Notes: generated by a model not told the origin, from the sequence alone. A stretch of DNA of 64,000 nt from Lama glama (GCA_028534125.1 CM052817.1:91452001-91516000); one strand, 5' to 3'. Positions 1 to 14,454 are shown, counted from the first letter of the stretch. Numbers and translations are program-made.

Positions 1-1429
1 ATATGTTTTGGGGAAAGAAATTGTTGAATGAAATATACACTATTTCCTATTTTTCTTGTTAACTCTGTATATTGCTAGCGTTTATCCTTGGGCAAGAGTG
101 GAAGTTTTAAAGAAATTTTATGGGATAAACTAAGTCGAGTATTTGTTATTACTCTTTCCATTAAACTGTGAGAATACTACTTTCACTAGTAATGAGTGAC
201 CTGTTGTAGGAGTGGTGCTTTTATGAAATAGAGATTGAGGTCTGTTTCTTTAAATAAACACTCATTCTTGATGGGGGAGAAATGAATTCTTAGTTATTTG
301 GAGGGGTATGCCATTCTGAATTATTTTTACACATTGTCATTTTGACAGAAGATAATTGGATTAATAGCATTGAGTACAATTTCAGGGTGGAAGACAGCCA
401 AATTTCATTAATTGGGAGCATAATCATTAGGAACTGAAACTTTACTGTTCTGAAGTCTGATAAAATAAAAAGCTGCTATACTATTATTATCTCATTCAAA
501 GAAAGTGGACTTTGGTTTTTAATTTTCTTTTGGTAAATTCAGTTGTTTGGGGGAATTATCCAGTTGATTAGTTATTCTGTGTGTGTGTTCATTTTTCTTA
601 CCTTATTTTTTGGGCATTTTTATTACCTATTTGATTGTAATACTGACTAAGCAAAGAAACAAAAGGTGAGGTTAAAGTTAAATTTGTCGATTAGAAGAAT
701 CTGTTAAAAGATGAAAACTCTTGGCTTTAATAACATCTATGTTAATAAAATTTAATAAAATTTTTGTATGTGGGAGAAAGGGCTCTTCTCATCTGGGGCT
801 CAGAAGACCTAGACTGTAGGCCCTCCAATACAAACTAGGTATTTTGCCACTAACAAGGTATGTAATCTCTGGCAAATTGCTTGTTTTCTAAATCTTACCT
901 GCTCAATAAGGATTGAACCTTTTGTGCTTAGTTTACAGGAGTATCATGAAGATTAAATGAGATGTTAGTGTGAAATCCCTTTGAGAAATGTGGTTCTGTG
1001 AACAATATAAGATATTTCCAGTAAGACTAAGAAAAAAAAATACTGGAATCTGAGTAGTTCAGCTATATAAAATAAAGTCATATTTTCATGTCAAGTAAGA
1101 ATATAAAATGTCTGTGATTTTTATATGCCAGTTATGAATTTGTTTTTAGGCATGAATTATATTGATATAAGTTCACATTTACACTGTGGGATAGCAGACT
1201 ATTATGTAATTTTTGCATTAAAATTTTCTTGTTAAAAAAAACTCAGAATGTTAATAGCAGTTGCTTCTGTGATGGGAATATGGCTTAATTTTCCCCTCTC
1301 TTTTCTCTCTCTCTGCTTTCTACAATGGCTTTATTTTACTTTCATTAGTGGTTTTATTATTATTTTTAAGAACAATCTTTTCCTTTTTTACTGTGCTAGG
1401 TTACTCTGTTGTTACAGAGAGAGAGTTTT

Positions 1430-1670
1430 AATGGTTATGTGTAATGACTCTGAATCCAGATTGTCTGGGTTCAGATCTCTTTTTCCATCACTTAGCTGTG
1501 TGACCTTGGCCAAATTATGTAACCTCCCTGGACCTCAGCTATCTTATCTAAAATGAGAATAAAAAGAGTACCTACTTCATGCCATTGTTAAGATTAAATG
1601 AGGTTTCCCTATAAGGCTCTTAGCACAGTGCCTGACACATAGTAAATGCTTAGTATTTGCTATTATTACT
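1430..1670 (+). mobile_element. MIR SINE
   Basis: cttagctgtgtgaccttggccaaatt...aacctccctggacctcag...attaaatgag...tagcacagtgcctgacacatagtaaatgct. Confidence 0.85.
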
Positions 1671-2159
1671 GTTTTACACATCTTTTTCTCATGGTTTATC
1701 TCCATGATTTAAGATTCCTTTTTGATAACTCAGCATGTACTTAAGATTATGTAACTGGTTTTATTGTCTGAAATCAGTGTTTGAAAACAGAGCTGTTTGA
1801 TTCTGAATGCAGCTCTTTTTACTACTTAACTAATTCCTTGAAGTAAAATTTTCCATTTATAATGTTTCCAGTATGTAAAAATTACCTCAGAATGTAATGC
1901 TACGAATATGATAGAGAGATGACATTTATGATTTGTATACTTTGACAGAGAAGTCTGTTAGCTAGACTCTTTTTGTATCTTATTTGCTGTATTGGCTTTG
2001 GTAAATTTAAGCCTTAAGTGTAAAAGCAATCTTTAATGCAAAGTAAATTAAAAGAGATTATTAGGCTTTTGCTGACTTGCTCCTATTAGTTCTGGCGTGT
2101 CATTAATTTTAGGTTTCCTTTTTAACACTTTCATTTTTTTGTAATCTCAACTATTAATA

Positions 2160-3990
2160 AATGTTGTTCGCATTTTCCCTGTCTTTTGGTTAATGTATGT
2201 TGGGTATATACCTAAAATTGGAATTGCTGGGTCAATGTATGTGTATGTTTAGTTTTATTAGTTACTGCCAAACTATTTTTTAAAAATCTGGTTTATTGAT
2301 GTATTATTTTCATACCATAACATTTTGTCTGCTGAACACTTGGACCAATTGATTAGTTTTCTCTCCTGACAGCAATGTATAAGAGTTCCAGTTGTTCTTT
2401 ATCAGTTGATATTATCTAACTTATTTTAATTAAGTATAATTTAAAGGTATGACATTGTGGTTATGATGTAATTAAGCACCCTTTATAGGTTTATTGGCCA
2501 TTTAGATAACCTCTTTGGGTGTGTTTTTTCAAGACTCTTGCTCAATTTTTTAATAAGCTGTCTTTTATTGTTACTGACTTACACAAGTTATTTATGTATT
2601 CTGGATATAAGATCTTTGTCAAGTATGTTTATTGCGGATGTCTTCTCTAGCTTGCCTTATTTTTTTAACACTTTCTTGAACATTTAAAATTTCTTGTTTA
2701 AGGGATCTTGTCCACTCAACATAATGAAGATACTTAAAAATATTTTTTTCTGGAAGCTTTATTGGTTTACCTTTCACATTTAGAGTTGTCATGCCTTCAG
2801 AATTTTCAGTTGTAAAGAAGGGTCATTGTGGTTCTGGTAATCTATTTTTTTCAGTCTTTGTCTTTTTTCTCTTTATGCTTCGGTGTAGATAGTTTCTGTT
2901 GCTATGTCTTCCATTTCACCGATCTTGTCTTCTGCAGTGTCATGATTACTTTAATCTTATCTGATGAAGTTTTCATTGTAGAAAAATTTTTTAATCTCTG
3001 AAAGTGTTATTTGGCTTTTTCCCATGTTTCAGTTCTCTCTTCATATGTTTATATTTTCTTTAAATTCTTAATCATATTTATAATAGTTGTCTTGATATCC
3101 TTATCTCATAATTCCACCATCTCTCTGTTTTATTTTTCCTGGTTATGGGTCATGTTTTCCTGCTTCTTTGCTTATCTAGTAATTTTTTATTGAATATCGA
3201 GGATTATGAAATTTATATTGTTTTACTGGATTTAACTATTTTTTAACACATTGATTTCCACCACGTCACCCAGCTGAGTGACAGTTGGTTTCCTCAGAGG
3301 CACCTGATCCACAGTGGGCAATCAATGTGTTAAGAGTGTTGAACTTTATTACAACAAGCAGTGAAGGTACTTGTCTGCCTATCAGTCTAGGGCTTTGTTA
3401 GGGAACATCTAGAGTACACTTATTCTAGGACTAGTTTTTGTCTACTATTGAATAGATCTTCCTACAGAATTTTCTGAATTATGCAGCTGTTCATTGAAGA
3501 CTCCATTCTGGCTGCTTGGAACTCTCAGTACCATGTGAGCATGGAGAATTGTTGAACCTACTGCTTCCTGGTCATTCTTTGGTCTCATTAAGTTTCACCC
3601 TGTATATGCAAGACTTAATTCTTAAAAATTTTCAGCAACAGATGCATGGGGATCCCATGCAGATTTTTGGATCTCTTTCTCTGAATAGTTCCATCATTTT
3701 CAGTAATCTGCCTTGCGGAGTACCTCAGCCTTTTTGAACTTCAGTCTTTGTCTTTTCAACTCTGTGGACTGTTGTGCTCAGAGTTAGATCCTTCTCCCTG
3801 TGCTGTGATGTATAAAGCAGTGACATTTCTAAACTTAATCATGTCTCCCCCACCCCCATGGTTCACAGTTCTATGCTGCCTCTTGTCCAATGTCTGACAA
3901 TAGTTGTTTCATACATTTTGTCCAGTTTTCTTGTTTATGGTGGAAGGACAAGTTCAGCCTCAGTTACTCCATTATGGCCCAAAGCGGAAG
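2160..3990 (-). mobile_element. Old degenerate L1M-type LINE fragments
   Basis: T-rich antisense L1-like motifs (ggaattgctgggtca, ttattggccatt, tttagagttg); boundaries approximate. Confidence 0.6.
3247..3329. mobile_element. 83-bp piggyBac-type MITE
   Basis: TTAA at 3243-3246 and 3330-3333; terminal inverted repeats CACATTGATT[T/G]CC. Confidence 0.75.
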
Positions 3991-4578
3991 TTCCCTCGCT
4001 GTGTTTTTAGAGAAATAAATTTTTAGAAAGCTAATTGAGGGTTTTAAGAACAGTGCACTCAAACTGTTCTCTGTGTGTATGTAGTTCCTGGAAAACAGTG
4101 ACATGTCAAGAGGGTTCCTTTTAAGTAGCCTAGTCTTTACATCATTGCTTCCTTTAGTGCTTATTGTTATTTAAATTATTGTAAGAAAACTGTTATTTTT
4201 AGGCTTTCTGCTGAGTAAATAGGAACACTTAACTTAGTCGCTTAGCCTTATGTTTCTTTGGCTGAATATGATTAATGATAGCTCCCAAGATACCGCTTCC
4301 CTCTTTATCCCCAGATCAATTTGCCTGTTGATTTTTGTGGGGCAGAGAGTTAGGAAGCTATTGCAGAGAAACGAATTGATGGATCTACCAGAGAATGGAA
4401 GTGTGAGGGAAGGAAAGCATGGAGGATAATTAGATTTTTTGCTTCATCATCTGAGTGAGAGCGAGTTAAGGAAGGGCATCTGCTGAGATGGTGAAGACAT
4501 GGTGAAGAATAGATTCTGAAGAATAAATCAGTTGTGTTTTGGATAGTATATTAGGTTTGAGATGTGAACATCAAAGCA

Positions 4579-5078
4579 NNNNNNNNNNNNNNNNNNNNNN
4601 NNNNNNNNNNNNNNNNNNNNNNNNNNNNNNNNNNNNNNNNNNNNNNNNNNNNNNNNNNNNNNNNNNNNNNNNNNNNNNNNNNNNNNNNNNNNNNNNNNNN
4701 NNNNNNNNNNNNNNNNNNNNNNNNNNNNNNNNNNNNNNNNNNNNNNNNNNNNNNNNNNNNNNNNNNNNNNNNNNNNNNNNNNNNNNNNNNNNNNNNNNNN
4801 NNNNNNNNNNNNNNNNNNNNNNNNNNNNNNNNNNNNNNNNNNNNNNNNNNNNNNNNNNNNNNNNNNNNNNNNNNNNNNNNNNNNNNNNNNNNNNNNNNNN
4901 NNNNNNNNNNNNNNNNNNNNNNNNNNNNNNNNNNNNNNNNNNNNNNNNNNNNNNNNNNNNNNNNNNNNNNNNNNNNNNNNNNNNNNNNNNNNNNNNNNNN
5001 NNNNNNNNNNNNNNNNNNNNNNNNNNNNNNNNNNNNNNNNNNNNNNNNNNNNNNNNNNNNNNNNNNNNNNNNNNNNNN
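4579..5078. other. Assembly gap, exactly 500 N
   Basis: N run; flanked by an identical 142-bp sequence on both sides. Confidence 0.99.
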
Positions 5079-6576
5079 TTTTGCTTCATCATCTGAGTGA
5101 GAGCGAGTTAAGGAAGGGCATCTGCTGAGATGGTGAAGACATGGTGAAGAATAGATTCTGAAGAATAAATCAGTTGTGTTTTGGATAGTATATTAGGTTT
5201 GAGATGTGAACATCAAAGCAGAGATGGTAAGTACATAATAGATTATAGAACAGCTTTGTAGTTGACTGTACCATTGGGCTTAAGCGATTGATTTCTTGAT
5301 GCTGAATGTAAAATTTTAGACTTCTTGTTTTGTTTCTATGCATTTTTCTACTATGATTTTTGTTATTGTTTACATTAACTATCCCTCCCAGATTTTGAAT
5401 GTATTGTTTCAAAAGTTGTGAGTAAAATTTGTTTAAACACATGATAATGAATTCTGGCATAGATCATCATAGCTTTAAGATGCAGGGTTTTTTTTTAATG
5501 TAATGAATTCAGTACTTTATAAATAATAATTGTTACGAAAGCACATGTTAGTACTTAAAAAGTCAAATAGCACTGAAAGGTTTATAATGGGAAAAAGTTT
5601 GTCAACTTTCCCCTTCCCTACCTTCCTACTCCAGAGTCAAGTATCCTCATTCCTTCTAGCCATTTTCTCTGGTATTTGCTTTCCCATTGCTTAGTAATAC
5701 TGTTTCTTGATAAATGACTTTTAGACTTTTGTTGACTTTCAGTTATGGAAACTGAAGGCTTAGAACTTCATCGTTCACACATTTGCGCATTTGTCTTTTC
5801 CTCATTCTCTCATTATAGTTATATCACAATATTTGGATAAACCAGTACTAAATATTTACATTTTTATAATTATATATGTATTATTTATTGTTGAGCTAAA
5901 TATTATACTGAACCATACATTCATATAAGCCTTCTCCTGTCTTTACTTATTCACTTGCCTGGTTTTCTATAGACCTATTGCTCATTTTCCCCAGATGTGC
6001 TTTTATTTCTGTCATGTGCTTATAAATAATATTTTCCATATTAAGTACAATGGTTCCATTTTTGCCCTTGCAAGAGACCTATTCCAGGGCCTTCAGCATC
6101 CTCTTTCATTTTGAAGTGGTTATTCTCCAGTCCTTTTTTCTGCATTAGATTACTTATTTACTAAGTCCCATGTTGTCTTTTTTTGTTTGTTTTGATTCCT
6201 TTTAGTAGCTTCCTAAGGAAGAGTGCGGAGAGATAAAATTTTAGCTTTCTGAGAAGCTTTAAAATGTCATTTTACTCATATACTTGGTTGAAAATTTTGC
6301 TAAGTAAGGAATTCTGAATTTTGAAGGCTGTGTATAGTTATTGCTATCAGCAATATTCCATTGTTAACTTTGGAATTAAATTTAGTACTGTTCTGATTAC
6401 AGATCCTTTTTATGTGACTTTTTTTTTCCTCTGGAAGTTTTTAAGGACCTCAATTTCCAGGCTTTGAACTTTCCTTATGATGTGCCTTAGTGTGGTTCTT
6501 TTTTCTTCCCCTTCATTAAATTTGCATGCAGTTGTTTGTCCCTTGTGGCTTGAGAGAGAAAATGTAATTTTTAAAT

Positions 6577-8130
6577 ATAACTTATATTCGATTTGTTAAT
6601 GTGGTGTATCACATTGATTTGTGGATATTGAAAAATCTTTACATCTGGGATGAATCCCACTTGATCATGGTGTATGGCCTTTTTAATGTATTGTTGGATA
6701 TGATTTGCTAATATTTTGTTGAGGATTTTTGCATCTGTATTCCTAAGTGATATTGGCCTGTAATTTTCTTCTTTTTTTGTGATATCTTTGTCTGGTTTTG
6801 GTATTAGGGTGGTGGTGGCCTCATAAAATGAATTTGGAAGTGTTTTTCCCTTTGCCATTTTTTGGAATAGTTTCAGAAGGATAGGTATTGACTCTTGTCT
6901 ATATGTTTGGTAGAATTCCCCCATGAAGCCATCTGGTCCTAGACTTTTGTTTGTTGGAAGTTTTTTACTTACTGTTTCAATTTCAGTGTTGGTGATTGGT
7001 CTGTTCATATTTTCTGTTTCTTCTTGATTCAGTCTTGAGAGATTGTACTTTTCTAAAAAATTGTCTGTTTCTTCTAGGTTGTCCGTTTTGTGAATGTATA
7101 GTCGGTCATAGTAGCCTCTTATGATCCTATGCATTTCTGTGATGTCGGTTTTAACTTTTCCTTTTTCATTTCTGGTTTTATTGATTTAGGCCCTTTCCCT
7201 TTTTTTCCTGGATGAATCTGGCTAAAGGTTTATCACTTTCGTTTATCTTTTCAAAGAACCAGCTTTTAGTTTCATTGATCCTTTCTATTTTTTTTAGTCT
7301 CTGTTTCATTTATTTCTGCTCTAGTCTTTATGATTTCTTTTCTTCTATTATTGCTTTAGTGTGAGATTAGGTTGTTTATTTGAGATTCTTCTTATTTCCT
7401 GAGGTAAGCTTGTATCACTATAAAATTCCCTCTTAGAACCGCCTTTGTTGCATCCCATAGGTTTTGGATCGTTGTGTTTTCGTTTTTCATTTGTCTCTGT
7501 TTTTTAATTTCTTCAGTGATCCATTGGTTGTTTAGTAGCATATTGTTTAGCCTCTGCATGTTTGTGGTTTTGCACTTTTTTTCTTGTAATTGATTTGTAA
7601 TCTCATAGCGTTGTGGTCAGAAAAGATGCTTGATATGATTTCAGTTTTCTTAAATTTATCAAGGCTTGCCTTGTGAACCAACATGTGATCTATCCTGGAG
7701 AATGTTCCATGTACACTTGAGAAGAATGTCTACTCTGCTGCTTTCGGATGGACTGCTCTATAAATACCAATTAAGTCCATCTGGTCTGATGTGTCCTTTT
7801 AAGGTCTGCTTTTCCTTGTTGACTTTCTGTCTGGATGATCTGTCCATCAATATAAGTGGAATGTTGAAGTCTCCCATTGTTACTGTGTTACTGTCAATTT
7901 CTTCTTTTATGTCTATTAATATTTGCTTTATATATTGATGTGCACCTATATTGGGTACATACATATTTATAATTGTTATATCTTCTTGGTTTGATCCCTT
8001 GATCATTATGCAGTGTCCTTCTTTGTCTCTTGTAACAGTCTTTATTTTAAAATTTATTTTGTCTGATACAAGTATTGTGACTTGGCTTTCTTTTGATTTC
8101 CTTTTGCATGGAATACCTTTTTCCATCCTC
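6577..8130 (-). mobile_element. L1 ORF2 fragment (endonuclease to start of RT), inverted part of a 5'-inverted insertion
   Basis: Minus ORFs 6571-7134 ([32 protein letters not shown]) and 7758-8147 (RDKEGHCIMIKG, MGDFNIPL) are L1 ORF2 motifs; frameshifted. Confidence 0.95.
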
Positions 8131-8552
8131 TTGACTGAAAGCAACATGGATGAACCTAGAGATTATTATATTAAGTGCAGTAAGTCAGACAGAGAAAGAC
8201 AAACATCATATGATACCACTTATATGTGGAATCTAAAGAAAAATGACATAAATTCTATTTACAAACCACAGACTCATGGACATAGAAAACAAACTGGTTT
8301 CCAAAGGGGAAAGGGTGGGAGAGGGATAAATTAGGAGTTTGGGATTAACAGATACTCATTACTATATATAAAATAAACAACAAGGAACTAGTATATAGCA
8401 CAGAGAACTATATTCAATTCTTGTAATAACATAATGGAAAGGAATCTGAAAAGAAAAAATATACGTATGTATATATATAACTGAATCACTTTGCTGTACA
8501 CCTGAAACTAACATTGTAAATCAACTGCATTTCAATAAAAAATGAAATTTAA
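8131..8552 (+). mobile_element. L1 3' end (ORF2 tail + 3' UTR + A-rich tail)
   Basis: gcaacatggatgaacctaga...aactgaatcactttgctgtacacctgaaactaacattgtaaatcaact...aataaa typical of a cetartiodactyl-type L1 3' UTR. Confidence 0.9.
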
Positions 8553-8863
8553 AAAGTGTAACTTTTACATCTTTATGTTTTTCAATTTTCACATATTAAC
8601 ACTTGTTGGACCTTTTGGAGTGAACTAATGGTTTTCTTGTTTTCTCTAATGTACATTCTGTCCCTTTGACTTACTTTTTTACTTTCTGTATTTGAACCTT
8701 CTGTGGGTTTTTGTTTTCCTGACATTTTAGTTGCATTTAGGGGAATGTGGAAGTAACATGTGATCATTTTGTTGCATTTAAGAAAATCAAGAATTTAGCA
8801 CTGAATTTAAAATTGTTTGCATTTCTTGCTAAACGTAAAGGGTTTTTTTGTTTGTTTTGACAG

Positions 8864-8948
8864 AGATGTTATGAACATAAACAGTATAGAAATGGATTGA
8901 AATTCTGTAAACAGATCCTTTCTAATCCCAAATTTGCAGAGCATGGCG
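8864..8948 (+). CDS. NAA15: NAA15 coding exon 2 ([28 protein letters not shown])
   Basis: Translation matches NAA15 N-terminus; ttgacag acceptor, G|gtaagt donor; 85 nt. Confidence 0.97.
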
Positions 8949-10990
8949 GTAAGTACAAACACTGTACACTTACTTGTAAGCATAAGCAGATAAGGCTTTG
9001 CTTACTTGTCTGGTTTCATTTACTGGGGTTTGTCACTCCTAGCTGCCTTAACTATTTTCTAGATAGAGTGGATCGTATTATCCTTGACTCCTGTGAGAAG
9101 ATGTTTAATACTAATATTTTGAATTTAATGTCAAGAAAATGATAACTCATTCTACTTGAGTTCTGATTTATTCCTGGTTTGCATATTAGCACCCTAGGAA
9201 AGGCAAAAGAATGTAGTAGAACAAATATGCTTATTTAAGTTTAATAAACAAGTTTATGTAAGATTTTAGAAGAAAATTTTACTTTAGAACTTTGATCAAA
9301 GTAGAGAAATTTTACTCCTTAAAATAAGCTTATTCAGAAAGTGTCCATTTGGTCCTTTGCTCATGAACCAGCATCTTTTTATTTAGCATTGTATCTTCAT
9401 TAGTTTTTCAAGACAGTCATGTTTAAGATACAATTTATATATTATAATGTTCTGAAAGTTTACATAGGTTTTTACCTGTGTGATGATAGAATATTGGATG
9501 GTAAGATGTTTGTAGACTAAGGGCAGAGTGTGTAGCTAAACTTGTGAAGAGACAAAGGAAAAATAAGCTTTCCCTGGTCTGATTTGTGTAGTTAGGAAAC
9601 ATGGCTCTTTGGTAATTAATTTGATAATGTTCTCTTAGTATTGAAGAGGGAGAGAGTAATAGTTCTCTGGTAGTTTTCTTTACTCTTGTTTCTATTCTTT
9701 CACTGTAATATAGTTACTTGAAAATGGAAAACAGTGGGAATAAAAATATGTAAATTTTTCTCCTTTTCCTTGGTAAGAAATATTTTTGTTGGCTAGTTGG
9801 CTATTAGGTTGTTTTATATTCATTTCCAAAGTATGCATAATGGTAATATAGCTTTTAATAGTGTAGTCACCATAGTTTCTCTCAGTAAAGCAGAGTACCA
9901 AATTTCATTGTTTCTATAATACAATTTCCCCTCGTATTTTAACATATCTGAAATCAGGTTGCATATGAAATGTCATATTTAATTGAAAGTATTTTTAAGA
10001 GTATATAAATTATGGTTTGTCTTAAACTAAATGACCACCTGGGTTTTCATTAACTAAGACACTTTAAGTTGTTTAATAAAACTTGCCAAAATACATTTTA
10101 CCTGTTTAACAACAAAGGCTTACTTACTATAGTGATTTGCTACTTGCCAAATATATTTTGTTTGCTTACTTTTCCTTCAAATTATCCGTGATTTATAATG
10201 ATTTGTACATAATTTTTTCCCTTCTTTTTTGCTTCCATTTCTTTGTATTTTACTATAAATGTTGACTCTTCCTCAGGATAGTATCTTTAATCTTTATCTT
10301 TTATTCCTAATTAATTTTTCTATAAATTATAAATTGTAGTCCTACAAGTTAGGCAAATAAATCATAATGAATATTTTGTATTCATTTGTGCCTCGTAAGA
10401 TATACATTATAAAATTAGAAATACTGTTCTTCCTTTCTGAAAACTTAATATTTCCCTCAGCTCTCTTTTAATCTGTTGATTGTGAATGATAGGTGTCTGA
10501 CATCTTCTTTTACTTGTATATTTAATAGTAATCCCAAAGAATCATATAAAAATAAGTTTATGAAAATCAGAAATGTAGTTAATTTATGTGTACATTTTAA
10601 TTATTGAACAATGAGTGTAATCTTTATTAAGTTACATTTGCAGAGATAAATCTGTTTGGAGATAAAATTTTTCAGACTTTAAAGGAGTGATTTAATAAGA
10701 TCATCCCATGGAACATCCCCAAAGAACAGTAGAAGAGTCATTGCATATTGTTAGTATATGCATTATCAGATGTTCATGCATTTTTATATCTTTTTATCTA
10801 AAAAAAATATTGGGAGGCCTCCAATCTAGAAATATGTGTGTACTTCATTTATCAATTTTTGAAATATTTTAATCCTAAAAAACCCTGGATAATTTCCCAA
10901 TAAACTCATTGAAGTTTTAATACTTAGGATAATGTAACATTTGTCTTTGAGATTATGGTTCTCTTTTTTGTTGTTGTTGATTATCTTTAA

Positions 10991-11461
<471 letters not shown>

Positions 11462-11469
11462 TAGGCAAT

Positions 11470-11665
11470 ATAGTGTACCTACTAAGAGCATAGGCTTTGG
11501 AGTATGCTTCACTTAGATTTGAATCCCAGCTCAAGTTCTTTCTAACTATAGTCTTAGGGTTTAGTTTCCTCATGTGTAAAATGAGGATAATCATGCCCAC
11601 CTCACTGTGGTGGTGTAAAGATTTAATTATGCTTAACATAATCCCTGATAATGCTCATAAGTAAA
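11470..11665 (+). mobile_element. MIR SINE
   Basis: gaatcccagctc...agtttcctcatgtgtaaaatgaggataat core. Confidence 0.75.
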
Positions 11666-12027
11666 TTTTACTTTATTAAGCAGTATGTGAGAGTAGGAGC
11701 AAGTACAAATGTCTGAGGGAAGACAGAGAAGAAATTGTGGGTTACTATCTTTTAAATAGTTTTTTTAACAAATGTTTCTTTACCCGTTTTGTGGGCTAAC
11801 ACAATTTTAAGTGTTGAAACACTTAGCAGATTTTTCAAGTGTTTACCAGGCCCCTGAGACAGACTAAGTACAGACTAAGAAAAAATACGGATTTTGCTCT
11901 CAAGGAAATTTTATAGTCTAGTAAAGGAAGATACTTGTTAGAAACTTATACCAAACACTTCTGAGTATTACATAAAACATCATAGCTTACTCAAAAATTA
12001 TCTCTAGTCTAGTAAAGCAAAAGTGAA

Positions 12028-12172
12028 GGAGGGAAGGGTATAGCTCAGTGGTAGAGTGCATGCCTAGCATGCATGAAGTCCTGGGTTCAACCCCCAGTAT
12101 TTCCATTAAATGAATAAATAAACCTAATTACCTCCCCCCAACCAAGAAAAAAAATGTTAAAGAAAAAAAAAA
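12028..12172 (+). mobile_element. tRNA-Ala-derived SINE (Vic-1-like, camelid)
   Basis: A box tagctcagtggtag, B box ggttcaaccc, tail aataaacctaattacctccccc + poly(A); aagtgaa flanking repeats. Confidence 0.9.
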
Positions 12173-13044
12173 GAAGTGAATGAGTTGGGAATTACGAGAA
12201 GCTAAAAAGGTAAGCAAAGGATTAATTAATGAGACTGTTGTCAGGTATCTTTTCTTCATTTTTAATGTTGGCGTGGGTTCTGTATGTATTTGCTATGCTT
12301 TATTTAATTGGGTTCCTCTTGATGAATGTAAATTTCTTTAAATTTTATCAATATTAAACTCCTAGAAGATAGATCTTTTAGGAGGTGAAGATTAGAGGCA
12401 GTTAAAAGGTGTTGCAGTGCTCAATATTGGTGGTTGAAATGGTGAGGGAGGTTGGATGGGAAGATAAATGATGGGGGCCAGATTAGGAAGGGTAGTATGT
12501 CTCAGGCTTTTTAAAACCATGTTCTAACCAACTGAGGAGATTTCATTAAGCTTTAATTTGTCTCTTGCATTATGAAAACATTATTTTTTGAATACAATTC
12601 ATAATATTAAATATGTAGTTTTCACTTATACATGCCACCCTAGACATTCTGTATTTACTAACTCTGTTGAGGATTCCTGGTGTAAAAATTGTTAGATTGA
12701 AAAGTTTGAACCTAATCTGAGGGAGAAACATTGTAAATTTCTGGAAAGGGCTGTAGACGTTTTTTCTTTTGATTATGTATGTTTTAGGATGGTTACTCTT
12801 GCAGGTGAGAATAAAAGCAGAGAGACTGAAGGCAGGAGGATGGGTTACTGTTAACAGTAATCAAGATCTAAAGTGAAAATGACCTGTATTAGGGGAGTGA
12901 GATTGTTTACATATTTCCTCCCTTTGTAGCATATTTTACAACCCACTATAATTTTACTTACTTATCTGTGTCCCTTACTAGACTTTAAGTTCTTTGAATG
13001 CAGGAGACTATCCATTTTGGTGACCTGTACCCTAATTATTAGGA

Positions 13045-13168
13045 AATTTTAATAATTAGGATTTAATTTATTTAAGATTTTTTTAAATGGAGGTACTGAG
13101 GTCAGTATTGAACCCAAGACCTTATCCTTGCTGAGTGTGCTCTTATCACTGAGCTATACCCACCCCCC
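13045..13168 (-). mobile_element. Vic-1-like SINE (diverged)
   Basis: Antisense tRNA head; TAATTATTA repeats at 13033-13041 and 13170-13178. Confidence 0.8.
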
Positions 13169-13712
13169 ATAATTATTATTTAAATGAGTGAATATTTTTA
13201 TTTTTTATGTGGTTGAGTTTGATTTTTAGGAACTTTGTACTGCACTGAGGGTCTGTCCTAAGGACCTTGTTAGCTGAAGAAAAGAAAACACACAGGATTT
13301 AAAATAATTACATATCATGGATACCCATGTCCTCCCTCTTTTTCCTTTTAAAGATAAGGATAATTCTTGATATTTATCGAGCATTTGTTTTGTGCCAGTG
13401 AGCAGTTTATGTATGTTATTCCATTTTGTCACCAAACTGCTATTCTTTGATGTATAGACTTTCTATTTATATTTTATATTTGAAGAAACCTAATTGGACA
13501 GCATTCACTTGTTTAAGGTCACAAAACTAACAAGACAGGCTAGGCCTGTTTTCTCTGGCTTGAAAAGCTGTGCTCTTTGCACTGTATCAAACTGCCTTCT
13601 ATCTTCATATTCTCTTTTTAAGCTTGTAATTTTATAAATAGCTATAGTTTTCTGAGTTTCCTGGGGAATATTATTGGGATACTATTTCTTGACTTATAGG
13701 TTGTATCCTTAA

Positions 13713-13910
<198 letters not shown>

Positions 13911-14207
13911 TAGGGAGAAAATATTGTGAAAATATTTAAAACTTTCTGTGAGTACTTTCTGATTACAAAATTTTCCATTTTTTAAAAGAATTTAGTTGAG
14001 TCTTGCCTCCTTCCCCCAGTAGTGATTATATTTCTGACTGGACTAATCATATTTTTAAATGAATTATTGTACTATGAGAAAGTGTTGGATTACTGCATAG
14101 GATTGAGTTAATTCAGAAAAAATGTATATATATTTATGTATGTATGCATATGTGTATATATGTTGTGTGTTAAATTAGCCTGATCTCTTTAAGGAGCATT
14201 TATTTAG

Positions 14208-14405
<198 letters not shown>

Positions 14406-14454
14406 TAAACTAGGTCTGATTCTTGGTATAACTGAAAGAGAAAGTATACGTTGC

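Noticed and set aside
4539..5100. Three long poly-X ORFs
   Set aside because: Artefacts of translating the 500-N gap.
6571..8334. L1-derived ORFs (also 32515-33926 and 46745-47062) as functional RT/endonuclease genes
   Set aside because: Frameshifted, truncated fragments of dead L1 copies.
12028..12105. tRNA-Ala-like sequences (here and nine other sites) as tRNA genes
   Set aside because: Disrupted stems, a shared non-tRNA tail, poly(A) and TSDs identify them as SINEs.
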